Below are positions 61,020 through 64,000 of a stretch of 64,000 bases of DNA, piece by piece (position 1 is the first letter of the stretch; every line of letters begins with the position of its first letter). Below the pieces are notes generated by a model that saw only the letters and a list, made by a program, of their open reading frames with translations, was not told the DNA's origin and searched no databases. The position numbers and the translations under genes are program-made. The stretch comes from a virus. The stretch spans positions 13,935 through 77,934 of the IMG/VR virus record IMGVR_UViG_3300046457_000143, one strand, 5' to 3'.

Positions 61020-61808
61020 ATGGAAACCACAGAAGAACAGCTGGCCGCCGCTGCCAAGGCGCCACGAGTCAGCAAGGCTGAAGTCGAGCGCGCTATCCGG
61101 GAGGGCAAGGTGACCTACACCGTCCTGCCGAATGGCCGCACGACTGTCTGCCAGATCGAGCTGTTCAACGAACGCTTCTCGGTCGAGGGCAGCTCGGCCT
61201 GCGTGTCGAAGGAAAACTTCAACCAGCAGTACGGCGAGGAGGCTTCGCTCAAGGAAGCGACCAACGAGGTGTGGGGTGTGCTCGGCACCGTGCTCGCCTG
61301 GAAGCTGAGCCTGATCGATGCAGCCGGCCCGGCAAGCGGGGCGATCATTTCCCTCCTTGGCTCCCGGCCGCTGACGTATGTCGGCACCAAGGTCGTGCGC
61401 GCCGTGCCGATGAGCCTGGGCACCTACAACGAACTGCGCGGCTGGACGATCCCGGAGAACGAGGATCCGGAGACGCCGGGTTATCTCGTCGAGTACACGG
61501 ACGGCGGCAAGCCGAACGTCGAAGGCTTCGACGGCTACGTGTCCTGGTCACCCCAGGATGTGTTCGAACGCGCTTACACCGTGGGCCATGAGCCGAAGCC
61601 CACCACCTTCATCGACCGCCTGCGCGCGGAGATTGACCACGAGCAGGGCAAGTTCGAAAAGCTGCTCGCGTTCCTCACGACCGACACGTTCCGGGATCTG
61701 CCGGCAGCAGACCAGCGTGACCTGGTCGTCCAGAAGTCGTGCATGGAAGAGCTGGTGTGGCTGCTCCGGAAGCGACTGCGCCGGGCTGAGGCCAAGGCCG
61801 GCAAGTAA
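61020..61808 (+). CDS. Three-domain protein: N4 gp49/Sf6 gp66-like domain, YxSWSP domain, crAss001_48-like helical hairpin
   Basis: TTVCQIEL..F.VEG.SACVSKENF; YVGTK...GYLVEY...YVSWSPQDVFERAY; FIDRLRAE...LLAFL...Q...M...L.KR. Confidence 0.75.
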   Translation: METTEEQLAAAAKAPRVSKAEVERAIREGKVTYTVLPNGRTTVCQIELFNERFSVEGSSACVSKENFNQQYGEEASLKEATNEVWGVLGTVLAWKLSLIDAAGPASGAIISLLGSRPLTYVGTKVVRAVPMSLGTYNELRGWTIPENEDPETPGYLVEYTDGGKPNVEGFDGYVSWSPQDVFERAYTVGHEPKPTTFIDRLRAEIDHEQGKFEKLLAFLTTDTFRDLPAADQRDLVVQKSCMEELVWLLRKRLRRAEAKAGK

Positions 61809-61812
61809 ATCA

Positions 61813-61831
61813 CGGGGGGCTTCGGCCTCCC
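61813..61831 (+). terminator. Hairpin with UUCG loop after the gene
   Basis: GGGGGC-TTCG-GCCTCC; weak U-tract. Confidence 0.45.
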
Positions 61832-61854
61832 ATCTCAGTTAACGGACCCGACAA

Positions 61855-62553
61855 ATGAATCAACCCCTCACCAAGGAACTGGTCGAGCGGGCGCTACCCG
61901 CCAACCTGAAGAACGCGGCGACGCCCCAGCTCGTCGATCTGATCAACAACATTGCCCAGGATCCGCTCGTCGCGGAACAGATCCGGGACAACTTCATCTC
62001 GTTCAGCTCCGTGCTGGCCGACGGCAAGTACAAAACCGAGGACTACGTGCACGCGGTGGCCTTCTGCTCATACCGGATGATGGGCGACAGCCAGAAGGAT
62101 GCGTACTTCAAGACGTTCCCGGCCCGCATGCAGGCGCTGCTCTCCAAGGGAGCGGACGAAAAGACGATCTCCGCCTACACCTCGGCCTATGCCAAGGGCA
62201 AGCTGGTGAACAAGGTGATGGAGCAAACGCTGGTGCCGGCGTGGATTCTGAACAATCACCTGTTCCAGGAGGCGCTTGTCACGCAGGCAAACCTCATGAG
62301 AACCGCACAGAGTGAGAAGGTAAGGACAGATGCCGCCAACTCACTGCTCACTCACTTGGCTAAACCCAAGGATGTAGCGGCTGCTGTGCACATTGACATG
62401 CGGGAAACTTCAGGTATGTCCGAACTCAAGGACATGATGAGGAAGATGGCTGCCCAACAACATGAACTCATGTCTGCTGGAGTGACAGCCAAGGAGGTTG
62501 CTGGCCAACGTCTGATCGAAGTAACTGACGTGGAGGCCAAAGACATCCCATGA
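61855..62553 (+). CDS. Terminase small subunit (N4 gp69-like)
   Basis: DYVHAV.FCSY, AY.KTFP.R, SEKVRTDAANSLLTHL; ATGA-coupled to the large subunit. Confidence 0.8.
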   Translation: MNQPLTKELVERALPANLKNAATPQLVDLINNIAQDPLVAEQIRDNFISFSSVLADGKYKTEDYVHAVAFCSYRMMGDSQKDAYFKTFPARMQALLSKGADEKTISAYTSAYAKGKLVNKVMEQTLVPAWILNNHLFQEALVTQANLMRTAQSEKVRTDAANSLLTHLAKPKDVAAAVHIDMRETSGMSELKDMMRKMAAQQHELMSAGVTAKEVAGQRLIEVTDVEAKDIP

Positions 62554-64000
62554 AACTCCTCAAACAAGAGCTTGATGTGTGGCTTGACCAGGTCAATTAC
62601 AAGGATCTGAACAGTTTAGGCTACACACCGAGTGAGTTTGCCCTGACCTTCATGAACTTTATCAAGCTCGTGAATGGGGGACAGGGCGAATCTCACGCAA
62701 CACCTCCGGTTCACCTGAAGATGCTGGACAAGGTAGTCGAATCGAAGTCCGACTACATCGCCAACCTCTGCTTCCGGGGTGCAGCGAAAACTACTCTCTT
62801 CTTCGAGTATTTTTCCCTGTTCCTCGCGGTCTTCGGCTACCTCGAAGGCTTCGGCAAGGTGGAGTCCATGATCTACGTGTCCGACTCCATGGACAACGGG
62901 GTGAAATCCGCACGCAAGAACATCGAGTTCCGCTACAACAACTCGGAGTTTCTGCAGTATTGGATCCCGAAGGCGAGCTTCACCGACAACTACCTGGAGT
63001 TCGAGGGTAGGGGCGGGAACCGTCTGGGCATCAAGATGTTCGGGGCGAAGACCGGTATCCGGGGGACGAAGATCTTCGGCAAGCGGCCGAAGCTGTGCGT
63101 GCTCGATGACCTGGTGAGCGACGACGACTCGAAGTCGAAAGCCGCGATGATCGCCATCAAGGACACGGTCTACAAGGGGGTGAACCACGCACTGGACCCG
63201 ACGCAGCGCAAAGTCATCTTCAACGGTACGCCGTTCAACAAGGACGACATCCTGATCGAGGCGGTCGAGTCCGGCGAGTGGGATGTGAACGTGTGGCCGG
63301 TGTGCGAGCGCTTCCCGTGCACGGAGGAAGAGTTCGTCGGCGCCTGGCCGGATCGCTTCACGTTCAAGTACGTGAAGGAGCAGTACGACCTCGCGGTCGG
63401 GACCGGTCACGTCGCCGCGTTCATGCAGGAGCTGATGCTGCGCATCTCGTCGGACGATGAACGTCTCGTCATGGACACCGAGATCCGCTGGTACTCCCGG
63501 CAGAACCTGTTGCAGAACAAGCACAGTTTCAACTTCTACATCACCACTGACTTTGCCACCAGTGAAAAACAGACGGCTGACTTCTCCGTCATCAGTGTTT
63601 GGGCTTACAATTCCAACGGAGACTGGTTCTGGGTCGATGGCGTCATGGAACGCCAGAAGATGGATAAAACCGTCGATGACCTGTTCAGACTCGTTCAGCA
63701 GTACAAACCGCAGCAGGTAGGCATCGAGATCACGGGACAGCAGCAGGGCTTCATCTCCTGGCTCGAAAAAGAACAGATCCGCAGGAATATCTGGTTCTCT
63801 TTCGCAAGCAGTGAGAAGACAGGCACTCCTGGCATACGCCCAATCACCGACAAGCTCTCCCGCTTCAATCTTGTAGTTCCCTGGTTCAAGGTCGGGAAGA
63901 TGTTCTTCCCGGAAGAGATGAAGCATTCCGTCATCATGGGACGGGCGATGGGCCAGATCAAACTGGTTACCCAGTCGGGCATCAAGGGAAAGGACGACTT
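62550..64000 (+). CDS. Terminase large subunit (N4 gp68), runs off the window end
   Basis: Read by hand from ATG 62550: CFRGAAKTT Walker A, LCVLDDL Walker B, NGTPF, ITTDFAT nuclease Asp. Confidence 0.93.
   Translation, partial: MKLLKQELDVWLDQVNYKDLNSLGYTPSEFALTFMNFIKLVNGGQGESHATPPVHLKMLDKVVESKSDYIANLCFRGAAKTTLFFEYFSLFLAVFGYLEGFGKVESMIYVSDSMDNGVKSARKNIEFRYNNSEFLQYWIPKASFTDNYLEFEGRGGNRLGIKMFGAKTGIRGTKIFGKRPKLCVLDDLVSDDDSKSKAAMIAIKDTVYKGVNHALDPTQRKVIFNGTPFNKDDILIEAVESGEWDVNVWPVCERFPCTEEEFVGAWPDRFTFKYVKEQYDLAVGTGHVAAFMQELMLRISSDDERLVMDTEIRWYSRQNLLQNKHSFNFYITTDFATSEKQTADFSVISVWAYNSNGDWFWVDGVMERQKMDKTVDDLFRLVQQYKPQQVGIEITGQQQGFISWLEKEQIRRNIWFSFASSEKTGTPGIRPITDKLSRFNLVVPWFKVGKMFFPEEMKHSVIMGRAMGQIKLVTQSGIKGKDD

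Noticed and set aside
62616-63926. 436-aa - strand ORF
   Set aside because: Shadow of the terminase large subunit, which the track omits because it has no stop in the window
1-64000. Integrase, protelomerase, CI-type repressor, reverse transcriptase, lysis and tail fibre genes
   Set aside because: No ORF with the needed motifs was seen; lysis and tail genes probably lie outside the window between terminase and portal

Overview
The window is most of an N4-like phage genome (Schitoviridae), about 60% GC by eye and read as a circular permutation. The + strand carries the late block: portal C-terminus, major capsid, N4 gp55-gp51-like structural/ejection proteins and a 3834-aa virion RNA polymerase. 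The - strand carries the early and middle block: gp1/gp2-like genes behind GC-GGA-GC hairpin promoters, split RNA polymerase II, AAA/vWA pair, dCTP deaminase, ThyX, rIIA/rIIB, helicase, family A DNA polymerase, primase, SSB and RuvC. The window ends with the small and large terminase genes on the + strand. The stand-out observation lies between the two RNAP II subunit genes: an apparently complete plasmid replicon. It has a type Ib ParA, a ParG-like ribbon-helix-helix protein, a winged-HTH initiator-like protein, five helically phased palindromic iterons and a perfect DnaA box. AACCAAGG arrays over the starts of parA, RNAP1 and other genes could be centromere/operator sites. This suggests an N4-like phage-plasmid with a temperate state. 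Other candidates are a tRNA-shaped RNA with no anticodon loop, a standalone ~190-nt rod-like RNA, two further structured RNAs, antisense copies of the middle-promoter motif, a three-domain candidate anti-defence protein, and duplicated small-gene families. All family assignments come from motif recognition and synteny, not database searches.
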